Shown here: one piece after another, positions 48,716 to 57,805 of the stretch
How the letters are laid out: each line of letters starts with the position of its first letter
How positions within the stretch are numbered: position 1 is the first letter of the stretch
Origin: a virus
Taxonomy: Duplodnaviria > Caudoviricetes
Strand: one strand, 5' to 3'
Length of the DNA stretch: 64,000 nt
IMG/VR virus record: IMGVR_UViG_2513237360_000007
Location: 1 to 64,000 of that record
Translations under genes and position numbers: made by a program
Notes under the pieces: generated by a model
Seen by the model: only the letters and a program-made list of their open reading frames with translations
Told to the model about the DNA's origin: nothing
Database searches by the model: none

Positions 48716-49858
48716 CTAAATAATCAGTTCTACAATACCTTCATACAAAGTTCCGCTTTCTAAAATAGCCTCTTTAATTTGTGTGCTAGTGGTCAGAGGA
48801 GGAAAACTGGCGAAATCACACTGAGAATATTCCACATTGTTGTTAATACAGTAATTTTTTTTATTACAATAGCAATCAATATTTTTTGACTCACAATTAT
48901 ATTTGTTTAGTCTAAACGTTTTTGGGGGGATTTTGTTTGCATCAAGTCGCTGTTTACAATTCAGTGAATTGTAATATCTATATAGAGGAAAATATTCATT
49001 GTCAAGATTATATAATGCAATTTTCTCTTCTAGATCAAGTTTTTTATATTGCCTATATTTCTCTTTAACCCACTCATCAAGGCGATAGAGATCCTTTGAC
49101 CAATCTCGAAATCCCTCCATTATGCTCTTATGAATTCCACTATTTATATCATCCTCTAACCTCTTGTACCAATCTGCCTGTTTTAAAGGCACAATGCCAA
49201 AATCAAAATTTGCAAAATTATAAAAGTCAATCTCTAAGTCAGGCATTTTTCCATTTCTGATTCTTTTTTGATTTTTAAAAAACCAATCTTTAGAAAGGGT
49301 ATTCTTTAATTCCGTTGGGTGGATAGGATTCCTTTTATTCCTCTCTCTAAAATCATTTATTTCATTTATTCCGATAATAGCTTTTTCTATTGTTGAAAAA
49401 TAATAATGTGGAAACTTAATAATAACTGACCTAAGTTGCAAAGTACTATTTAATTTAATCCTATATAATCGTAACATATTAAGAGATGTACTATAACTCC
49501 GCTTAGCATTATTGTATGAGTCCAAGTAAGCTGAATTATCCTCCAAGTATATACATTTTTCATTAATATACTTTATTGTTTTTTTTATCTCATCAATTTC
49601 TTGTCGCAATATTTGAATTGATTCCTTTAAAAATGCAATCTTTTTATCTATAGCAATATACTTTAGTGGGTTATTTAATACATCAGCTTTGTTGCCAGAA
49701 TTCCTAGCACGTTTACTCTTGGTCCTTAATTCCTGTACTTGCTTTTCAATTTTCTCAATACTGTTATATAATATTTGTAAATCATCATAAGATGCCTGTA
49801 TGTCCCGTCTTTTTTCCACTTTAGCAGTTTGAATCCATTTAAACTGTTCCTTTGGCAT
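48716..49858 (-). CDS. Intron cargo: unknown 380-aa protein, coiled-coil N-half
   Basis: GAGGT RBS; AT-rich; no LAGLIDADG, GIY-YIG or HNH motif visible. Confidence 0.8.
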   Translation of the reverse strand: MPKEQFKWIQTAKVEKRRDIQASYDDLQILYNSIEKIEKQVQELRTKSKRARNSGNKADVLNNPLKYIAIDKKIAFLKESIQILRQEIDEIKKTIKYINEKCIYLEDNSAYLDSYNNAKRSYSTSLNMLRLYRIKLNSTLQLRSVIIKFPHYYFSTIEKAIIGINEINDFRERNKRNPIHPTELKNTLSKDWFFKNQKRIRNGKMPDLEIDFYNFANFDFGIVPLKQADWYKRLEDDINSGIHKSIMEGFRDWSKDLYRLDEWVKEKYRQYKKLDLEEKIALYNLDNEYFPLYRYYNSLNCKQRLDANKIPPKTFRLNKYNCESKNIDCYCNKKNYCINNNVEYSQCDFASFPPLTTSTQIKEAILESGTLYEGIVELII

Positions 49859-50133
49859 ATAGTATATTTACCTCTTAATCATTCTATGCAAAAAGTATTT
49901 GTATCCCAACCAATTGCATCAAAATTATAGCCTATTTCATTTCTCTCATAATATCTTTAACTAATCTATCTCTTGATAATATTCGCTCCATACATTTCGC
50001 CAAGTAATCGTTCTGGTAATTTCATCAAAAAAATTATTATTATTCAACACGGTATGTTTTAAATACGCAGAACACTCTTCTGCTATTTTTATTGGATCTT
50101 TCTTTTGATCTAATGCCAACAAATAATTATAGA

Positions 50134-50511
50134 TTACCATTCATATCCACAATTATCACAGTGAAACTGACGTTTCACTTTCTGCGAAAATATCCCAAAA
50201 GCCAGTACCGATCCTGCCTTTGATATCTCTGATATTTTATGAACATTTGTGCTTGAACAAGTTGGGCAACGAACAACATGTTCTTTTTTATATTCATTGC
50301 GCAATCGCATATCATTACTATTTTCAAAGGAGATGTATTTCTCAACTATAACCCTTGCTTCATCAGGGCTACATCCTCCGACTTCGCTAATTCTTTGTAT
50401 TAACCTTTTTCTTTCATGAACACTATTACTTTTCCGAATTTCAGTAAAAAGCGAACTACTTTTTTGCAAAATTTTGCGTTCATTTAAAGTATATTTTTGA
50501 GATACCATCAT
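50134..50511 (-). CDS. Intron cargo: Zn-ribbon protein (CPTC...CDNC, 125 aa)
   Basis: GGAGG RBS before ATG 50511; CPTCSSTNVHKIS...AFGIFS...FHCDNCGYEW. Confidence 0.8.
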   Translation of the reverse strand: MMVSQKYTLNERKILQKSSSLFTEIRKSNSVHERKRLIQRISEVGGCSPDEARVIVEKYISFENSNDMRLRNEYKKEHVVRCPTCSSTNVHKISEISKAGSVLAFGIFSQKVKRQFHCDNCGYEW

Positions 50512-50537
50512 TATTTCCCCTCCCCTCTTTTTAACCA

Positions 50538-50546
50538 ATTATAACA
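50538..50546 (-). promoter_or_regulatory. Extended -10 promoter driving the antisense cargo operon
   Basis: TG-T-TATAAT on minus strand, 26 nt upstream of ATG 50511. Confidence 0.6.
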
Positions 50547-50605
50547 TATGAATATATGCAATGCACCTGCTATTTCATATATGTATGGCTACCTACCACA
50601 TTGTG

Positions 50606-53600
50606 ACATTCGAATTAGTTGGGGAAAAAATAAATGGAATCAAGGCCGCCGTCACATCATCATCATCTCTAAAAAACATAACAAATGAACTCTTAGAGCT
50701 GACAAAAGATATGACTGTCCAGAAAACAATGGAATATTTGTCTTATGCCCAAGTCAATAAGCAACTGGCCGCCAGGATACTATATTCTAAGGGATTACGG
50801 GCAGAACAGCTCAAGGAAGCCATGTCTACCTATCAAATAGCTACAGCAACAGGAATACTTGGTACAGCACAAAAAGTAACGTCTGCTACAACAGTACTGT
50901 TTTCCAGAACAATTGTCCAATCCAAATTCCTGCTCCAAGGTTTATGGGCTACCCTAATGGCCAACCCGTTAATCCTAGTTGTCGGCTTAATATCAGCAGT
51001 TACTCTGGGAGTTACAAAATGGAAACAGGCTCAAGAAGAATTACGCCAGACTACAGCGGATGCAGCAGCCGAACTAGAAAACTCATCAAAAGAAATTGGC
51101 ACTTATGCGGATAGATATAAGGAACTTCATACAGCTCTTCATGATGCAAAAGATAGTGAAGAAGAAACATACAAAATTAAGAGTGATCTATTAGCACTTC
51201 AAAAAGAATTAAACGAGAAATACGGTGATGAGTATGGGAAAATCAATCTCGTCACTGATGCTTATAGAGATCAGACGGAGGCTATTCTAGCTTACAAGCG
51301 TGCTGCCAGCGAGAAATATTTAAATGAGAATCGCTTAGGTATTAATGATGCCAAGCAAAAAATGACTGAAATCAATACCTTCCAATTGGCAGATATGATT
51401 TCATCAAAATCCAGTTCTGGAATATCCATTAAAAATCTAGCCAAAAAGCATGGTATAAAAATCGCGGAAAATGAAGAGTATGGATTGTTTAGTCTATACA
51501 TTAAAGCAGACGCTACTCAAGCCAAAGAAACAACAAATAGTTTCATGACTGACTTGAGCAAGATGCAAGGCAGATTTAATGATAGTGCCGTAGAAAATGT
51601 ACTGGATTCTTCCAGCCGGGTCATGAAGAACCTTCAGGATGATTTCTTCAATCTGTATGGAGACCAATTCCAAGAAGCACTATTGGCTGAAGTCCAAACG
51701 GACTATGGACGGGCTGATAATGTCCTCTCTCAAGGATATAGTGATGCCACTGCCGCGGTAAATGAATACAATGAAGCATTACTAAAAAGTTCTAATCCGT
51801 ATGATGACAAAGCCGTTACTGAAGCGTATGAAAACTTGCAGATCATCCGAGCTTCTATAGAAGAAAATTCCAGTGCATGGGATGGATACGAGTCTGTTAT
51901 TAGTGATGTATTTAGTGCTGCTGATACAAGACTTATCGATTTCAATAATCTCATTGGTTCCAACAAAGAGGGGATCGGGGATTTAGTTTCTGAAATCAAG
52001 GATTTGAATTTGTCGGATGTGGACTTACAAGCTATGTCGGATAATGGAGCAAATGGTGATATCTTTGATCGGTTATCCGCAAAAGCAAAACGGTATCAAG
52101 TTAATGTTGGAGAGCTGATATCATTATTAGTTCAACTTGGTGTTGTACAGAGTACAGTATCCAAGCAGGAAATTGTTAAGCCCCAAACCAAAGCCGAAGC
52201 AATCAGTGCCGTAAACGCTCTTACTGATGGTTTTGAAGAATTGGATAAGATTTACAAAAGCCTCAAGGGAAAAGATCCGTTTGACTTTTCATTGCTTGAT
52301 AATAAAAATTTCAAGGATACATTTGGCGGACTCGGCAAAAGCTACACGGACTTCGTAGAACAAATAGCAAGTTCTCCTAAAGATATTGCTGCTTGTCAAA
52401 GTGCTTTTAATGACTTGATCACCACATGGCTTGAAAGCACCCACATCTTAGATGATGTTAATGAAGATACTGCGGGCGTAACCGTGGCAATGCTTAAAAT
52501 TATGGGTGTTGCAAATGCCGAAGAATTGGTAATGAGCCATCTCGCCGATGCTCATGAATACGCAGCGCTTGAGAAGAAATTCAATGCTGAGATGTCAGCT
52601 AATCTTGAGGGAGCCACTGCCAGCGAGATTAATAAAATTTTTGATGAAGCAGATGTTGTTGACGAGGCAAAACAAGCGATGGCTGGATTTGCTCTGCAAA
52701 AAGAAATTGCCAATGGAATATCCCTTGATACCTCTGCAGACATTGAAAACTTACTTGCACTCGTTGGAATAATCGGTTCTGCTAATACTGCATTAAAAGC
52801 CTTAAATACATTACGACAAGGCGGCGATGTTGGCGGAAATATTGGCGGTAAGGAAGGCTATGACTATCTTGTTCGACAGGCACAGCTTGAAATTGAAGAA
52901 GCTTTAAAGAAGGCTGCCGAATATAAAGGAAAAGGCAAGGTCAATTACATTGGTGGTAATGAATCCAACAAAAGTGGCTCAAAAGGGAGTAAGCCTAAAA
53001 AGCCAACAGAATTTGATGCAGCTGCGGAATCAGTTAAAAATCTAAAAGCCCAAATTGACTCCTTAAATGGCGTACTTGAAAATACGAAGCCTTATGATCA
53101 GCAGCTAAGAATTCTTAATCTCATTGTTGAAAAACAGAAGGAATACTTTGATGCGTTAAAAAAGCAGGATGAATTTTACAATGGAGCATACCAGCAGTCC
53201 CTCTCTTCTCTACCTCAAGAATGGCAAGATAGGATTACCGGCGATGATAACTTTTCCATTGATGAGGTTCCTGAATCCATAAAAGATGCTGTCACAGAAG
53301 CTCAGGGATTGAAAGATAAATGGGTTGCTGTAAAACAAGAGATCCAAAAAGCAAACGGTGAATTGGATACGACCAAGCAAAAGACGCATGATTTAGCTCA
53401 AACAAAGTTAGATAATGAAATTGGTCTTCTTGAGAATAAAATAACTGATATCCAAAATAAAATGGACGAAGCTGAAGCCATGGGCTTGCAATCCACCAAA
53501 AAGCAGTATAAGAACTTAATCAGTCTTTCAAAACAGGCTGCTTCCTACCAACAGAATAAGCTTCAAGGATATATGGCAAATCTAATCGCCATGGAGGTTG

Positions 53601-55453
53601 CCGGAGAAACAAACACCGACCAGTATTACGAAACCGCTGAAGCAATCCAGAATTGCGAAAATGCAATATCCCAATGTGCTCAGAATCAAGCCAAATGGAA
53701 TAAGGCTATGTTGGAACTTCCCATTCAATATTTAGAGAAGGCCAATGATGAGCTCAATGACCAGCTGGAGGAGTTACAGGACAAGCAGAACGATTATGAC
53801 AGTGCTATAAATGGTGTCACCAGCCATTTGCAAGAACAAATTGACGCCCAGCAAAAACTAAGGGATGAAGCAGAAAAAACATCGCAGGCTCAGATCGATG
53901 CTATTCAGGAACAAATTGATGGCCTCCAGGAATCAAACGATAAGCGTAAGCAACAGCTAGAATTAGAGCAAAAGCAATATGATCTTGAACGGGCTAAGAA
54001 TCAAAAGACAACTAAAGTCTTCCGTGAAGAAGCTGGCGGCTTTATATATGAAGCTGATCAAAGCGCTATTCGTGATGCCCAAGATGCTTATGATGATGCT
54101 CTCTTGAACAAGCAATTGTCTGATCTGGAAGACAAGATTAAGGACATTGAGGATTCACGCGATGCATTGTTAGATTCTTATGATAATGAAATTGACCGGC
54201 TTCAAACAATTATGGATTCATGGAATGATATTACTGATGCAATCCAACGAGCTAAAGATATGGCTATGGCTAATTCTATCTTCGGCGCTGGATGGCAAGA
54301 TCGTGTTACCAGTGGCGATACAAGTGATTTAGAAGACATAACCGGCAAGTATGATAAAAATGATCGTGATCGCTCTTGGGTGGAAGAACAAATTGAAGCC
54401 AATGAACGGCTTATCCGTGAAGTTGAACGATATGTATCAGCTTGGCAGATGGGAGAAATCAGCATCCGGGAGGCCCGGGAATCTATTAATGATATTGTAG
54501 GAGATATTGCTCCTGAAATTGAGGCAAACGATGAGCGTGTCAATAGTATTTCAACTTACCAGGATCAATGGACCAATGCTAATGATAGGGTAAGCGAAAA
54601 CATTAGCGCCCTCAATGATACAACTGCTAATAACAGTGCCGAGGTAAATGCAACAAACCAACGGCGTGATGCTGCATTACAGTATGCTGATCAATGGGCC
54701 AATAATGTTCTTTCCGTTGGAAGTTCGCTATCTAACATTACTGAAGCCAACGCCGCTGCCACAAATGCTGAAGGTTTATTTCTTGATGCCAGAATAAGCA
54801 AATTAAGTCTTTTCAAAGATGTTTATGCCGAAATGGCTTCTGTAATTGGAGACAAATGCAAAAGCATTGTTGATGCATGCAAAGAAGCAGAACGAGCATT
54901 ACGTAGTTTGGATAAAGCAGAGAATGGTGGTGGATCCTCAAGCGGTGGTCATTGGGACTCTTCCGGTGCGTCCGGGGGCCCAGGCGTATACGCTGATGGA
55001 ATATTAAATGGGCGTCTTGGTGGACGTAGCGAATCTGAAAAAGAAAAGATGCTTAAGTATCTGACTACACATGATCTTAAAAATGGAGAAATTCCTATTA
55101 TTGGTCATGAAAATGAAGTCGTCTTGAACCCTGATCAGCAGGAACAGGCCATTCAGAATACGGAGAAATTGGCTGACGTTTCAGGTGCCCAACTCATATT
55201 TGACGCCGATAACATTTCCTCATTCTCAGGAATGCTTAGCAATAATGCTATGTTTACTAAAGGAAATATCTTCAAAGGTATCTCAACTCTCCCACCGAAT
55301 GTCTCCAACAGTAATGTAAGACACGGGGATATAAAGGTTGAGATAGCTAATGTGACATTGCCACGTGTAAAAGATAGTGATAGCTTCCTAAAATCCATGA
55401 CTGATGGCAGCATGCAATCTGCTATTCAACAACAACTTTATAAACGAAGATAG
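50606..55453 (+). CDS. Tape measure protein, exon 2 (1615 aa; spliced product about 2734 aa)
   Basis: Long coiled-coil, amphipathic ANPLILVVGLISAV segment, late YADG motif; no RBS at 50561; in frame with exon 1. Confidence 0.88.
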   Translation, partial: TFELVGEKINGIKAAVTSSSSLKNITNELLELTKDMTVQKTMEYLSYAQVNKQLAARILYSKGLRAEQLKEAMSTYQIATATGILGTAQKVTSATTVLFSRTIVQSKFLLQGLWATLMANPLILVVGLISAVTLGVTKWKQAQEELRQTTADAAAELENSSKEIGTYADRYKELHTALHDAKDSEEETYKIKSDLLALQKELNEKYGDEYGKINLVTDAYRDQTEAILAYKRAASEKYLNENRLGINDAKQKMTEINTFQLADMISSKSSSGISIKNLAKKHGIKIAENEEYGLFSLYIKADATQAKETTNSFMTDLSKMQGRFNDSAVENVLDSSSRVMKNLQDDFFNLYGDQFQEALLAEVQTDYGRADNVLSQGYSDATAAVNEYNEALLKSSNPYDDKAVTEAYENLQIIRASIEENSSAWDGYESVISDVFSAADTRLIDFNNLIGSNKEGIGDLVSEIKDLNLSDVDLQAMSDNGANGDIFDRLSAKAKRYQVNVGELISLLVQLGVVQSTVSKQEIVKPQTKAEAISAVNALTDGFEELDKIYKSLKGKDPFDFSLLDNKNFKDTFGGLGKSYTDFVEQIASSPKDIAACQSAFNDLITTWLESTHILDDVNEDTAGVTVAMLKIMGVANAEELVMSHLADAHEYAALEKKFNAEMSANLEGATASEINKIFDEADVVDEAKQAMAGFALQKEIANGISLDTSADIENLLALVGIIGSANTALKALNTLRQGGDVGGNIGGKEGYDYLVRQAQLEIEEALKKAAEYKGKGKVNYIGGNESNKSGSKGSKPKKPTEFDAAAESVKNLKAQIDSLNGVLENTKPYDQQLRILNLIVEKQKEYFDALKKQDEFYNGAYQQSLSSLPQEWQDRITGDDNFSIDEVPESIKDAVTEAQGLKDKWVAVKQEIQKANGELDTTKQKTHDLAQTKLDNEIGLLENKITDIQNKMDEAEAMGLQSTKKQYKNLISLSKQAASYQQNKLQGYMANLIAMEVAGETNTDQYYETAEAIQNCENAISQCAQNQAKWNKAMLELPIQYLEKANDELNDQLEELQDKQNDYDSAINGVTSHLQEQIDAQQKLRDEAEKTSQAQIDAIQEQIDGLQESNDKRKQQLELEQKQYDLERAKNQKTTKVFREEAGGFIYEADQSAIRDAQDAYDDALLNKQLSDLEDKIKDIEDSRDALLDSYDNEIDRLQTIMDSWNDITDAIQRAKDMAMANSIFGAGWQDRVTSGDTSDLEDITGKYDKNDRDRSWVEEQIEANERLIREVERYVSAWQMGEISIREARESINDIVGDIAPEIEANDERVNSISTYQDQWTNANDRVSENISALNDTTANNSAEVNATNQRRDAALQYADQWANNVLSVGSSLSNITEANAAATNAEGLFLDARISKLSLFKDVYAEMASVIGDKCKSIVDACKEAERALRSLDKAENGGGSSSGGHWDSSGASGGPGVYADGILNGRLGGRSESEKEKMLKYLTTHDLKNGEIPIIGHENEVVLNPDQQEQAIQNTEKLADVSGAQLIFDADNISSFSGMLSNNAMFTKGNIFKGISTLPPNVSNSNVRHGDIKVEIANVTLPRVKDSDSFLKSMTDGSMQSAIQQQLYKRR

Positions 55454-55500
55454 GCTCCGGGAGTCCACTTGTCTGGGCTCCCACTCTATTTGGAGGAGAT

Positions 55501-55752
55501 ATGACAAACAATAATCTATCAAAGGACTTTATAGCTCTGCTAACAGAACTATTTGAAGGTCTTATAAAGAAAGCAAAGTTCCCCGTTGTTGTATCCTGTA
55601 AAATCATTTCCAAGACCGGGGATAACAAATACCTGGTCAAACGTAATGGAAATACTCATCTCGTTAGAGGACGGGGCACTTACCCTCCTGACAGCATTGT
55701 AGAGGTAATGCTTCCCGATGGAGAATGGAACCGTGCCTTTATTGTATATTAA
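55501..55752 (+). CDS. Small baseplate-region protein (83 aa)
   Basis: GGAGG RBS; synteny. Confidence 0.7.
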   Translation: MTNNNLSKDFIALLTELFEGLIKKAKFPVVVSCKIISKTGDNKYLVKRNGNTHLVRGRGTYPPDSIVEVMLPDGEWNRAFIVY

Positions 55753-55766
55753 AAGGAGGCTCAAAT

Positions 55767-56870
55767 ATGATTGGTGTTCCTGTTCTTTATGATGATACGC
55801 GTATCTCTAAAGACGCATTCAACGATTTTAAAATTACATATAAGTGGGACGGCAATAACCCGCAGCAGACAGGAAATGTAGTAACCATTTATAATAATGA
55901 AACAAATTCCGTTGTGTATACTGCAACTACTCCAAATTATTATAGAACGGAATGCATCATTCCTGCTAACACGCTGGTTAACGGCGTATTGTATAAGGCG
56001 ACTATCTGTGTTATATCTAGTGAAGGTACCTCGGCACCGAGTGAAGCACTGCTATTCTACTGCTACACTACCCCTACTTTAGCTTTTACAAATCTTGCAC
56101 AGGATCAGTTAATTGAAAGTGATAGTTTCAGGGTGGAAATCTCATATTTCCAGCCTGAAAATGAGGAGCTTGAAGACTACTATATCACACTTTATTCAAA
56201 TGACAACCGGGTACTGTACACTTCTTCAATTCGTTATGATACAGAAAACATGAGTTTAGTTGTTCCTGGCTTAGAGAACAATACTCAATATTATATAAAG
56301 GCCTTTGGAAAAACCATCACCGGGATGGACATCGAAACAACCTTAATACACATAACTGTGCGTTACCTACAACCCACGCTATATAGCCTTATTGAATTAA
56401 GTAATAATTACCGCGGTGGATATACCACTATCAAGTCAAATATTGTTTCATTAAGAGGGCGAGTATATAGAGATGGAGTTGAAATAGATCCAAACTATAT
56501 TAACGGAGAATATGTTGATCTTAGCAACCAATCAGATGTACTGAAATTTGCAGATAGTTTTATTATCCCAAATAATTTCACTCTTGAACTTAAGGGATAT
56601 GGGTTTATCCGTAATACAATCCCCCTTATCCTAACCAATGGAAAATACCACATATCCGTGTATTACCGTGCAGGATGCTATGATAGCGCAGGTGGTATTG
56701 AAAAAGCCTATTTCGAAGCCAAGGTTGAAAATGAAATGATATATTCCATTTACAGTAATTATATAGATCTTCCCTCCTCTAATGTCCTTATTGGTTTTAT
56801 GTTATCTAGAAAAGAAAACTATTATGAAATCTGTGCTTACAATTATGGAAAGGCGGTGACTAGAACATGA
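55767..56870 (+). CDS. Tail/baseplate protein with Ig/FN3-like repeats
   Basis: AAGGAGG RBS before ATG 55767; GLENNTQYYIK FN3-like motif. Confidence 0.7.
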   Translation: MIGVPVLYDDTRISKDAFNDFKITYKWDGNNPQQTGNVVTIYNNETNSVVYTATTPNYYRTECIIPANTLVNGVLYKATICVISSEGTSAPSEALLFYCYTTPTLAFTNLAQDQLIESDSFRVEISYFQPENEELEDYYITLYSNDNRVLYTSSIRYDTENMSLVVPGLENNTQYYIKAFGKTITGMDIETTLIHITVRYLQPTLYSLIELSNNYRGGYTTIKSNIVSLRGRVYRDGVEIDPNYINGEYVDLSNQSDVLKFADSFIIPNNFTLELKGYGFIRNTIPLILTNGKYHISVYYRAGCYDSAGGIEKAYFEAKVENEMIYSIYSNYIDLPSSNVLIGFMLSRKENYYEICAYNYGKAVTRT

Positions 56871-57790
56871 TCATTCTAGGCAGCACAGCCTGCGGAGACA
56901 AAAACTCAATGATGTCTACCCCTACAACAGTAAATAATATAAATGATATTCGTATGCAAAACGGGGTGTTTGATGAACTCTTTATAACCACACAGGTATA
57001 CACTACTTGGGATGGAACAATACCACAAGATTGGGATTTTGATACGAAAATGCATGCTTTATTCCAGAAAAGCCTTTTTGGTGGTAACGTTGACTTTACC
57101 TCCGAAACCGTATCTTCAATTCTGGTAAAAAAGCGGCGTGTCGGCGAACTAGCATGGAAAACGTTTTTTGAAATACCGATAAATTCAAACCAAGACTTCA
57201 ACTTTATCAGAAACGATTATTATAACCGATCTGGATGCGAATATCAGTATTGTCTCATTCCTACCCTAAATGGAGTTGAAGGGAACTACTCTTCTAACCA
57301 TAACATGAGTACAATCCTTTCAAAATTTGATGGTATATTTTTGGTTGAAAAAGAGGTGGCATACCATACAATAATTGATATATCAATTCAGGAAGAACGC
57401 ATTTTCACATCCAGTAAGCTCGAACCGAAAGGCAGGAAAAAGCCCCTTGTCATTTACAATGGAGACACTAATTATCGCGAGTTCAATATCGATGCCTCCT
57501 TCGTATATATGAAAGAAGATGCCTGTACGTTTGATATTGAAAACAGCAGAGAATATCGGGAAAAGGTTGACAACTTTCTTTCTAATAAAAAACCCAAAAT
57601 CTTTAAAGCTTTTGATGGGCGGATGGCGCTGGTATGTATTGTTGATTCCATTTCACATTCTGAAAATGGCCACCCACTAAATATAACAACAAGTCTCACG
57701 GCCGCCGAAACTGGAGATTGCGAATCCATAAACGACTTATATGACAATAACTTTATTGATTGTGATAGAGATGTCAGCCGCAGCATCTAG
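56867..57790 (+). CDS. Distal-tail/baseplate-like protein
   Basis: EYQYCLIP..NGVEG; FLSNKKPKIFKAFDGR motif; synteny. Confidence 0.6.
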   Translation: MIILGSTACGDKNSMMSTPTTVNNINDIRMQNGVFDELFITTQVYTTWDGTIPQDWDFDTKMHALFQKSLFGGNVDFTSETVSSILVKKRRVGELAWKTFFEIPINSNQDFNFIRNDYYNRSGCEYQYCLIPTLNGVEGNYSSNHNMSTILSKFDGIFLVEKEVAYHTIIDISIQEERIFTSSKLEPKGRKKPLVIYNGDTNYREFNIDASFVYMKEDACTFDIENSREYREKVDNFLSNKKPKIFKAFDGRMALVCIVDSISHSENGHPLNITTSLTAAETGDCESINDLYDNNFIDCDRDVSRSI

Positions 57791-57805
57791 GAAGCAGGTG
57801 ATAAT

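Larger units (their letters stand above)
47930..50605 (+). mobile_element. Group I self-splicing intron (2,676 nt) with antisense cargo
   Basis: P1 GGGU/GCCC with U-G wobble; P motif ATGCTGGGAA 48059; R CAGAGACTG 48278-86 / S AAAATACAGTCC 48328-39 forming P7; P10 CGAATGT/ACATTCG; terminal G 50605; in-frame exon fusion. Confidence 0.85.

Noticed and set aside
49870-50130. Possible fourth cargo gene inside the intron
   Set aside because: Only about 50-codon fragments interrupted by stops; may be a decayed gene but not supportable
50561-50605. ATG 50561 as the start of an independent 1630-aa gene
   Set aside because: No RBS; these codons overlap the intron 3' structures and the antisense promoter; P10 and omega-G place the exon start at 50606
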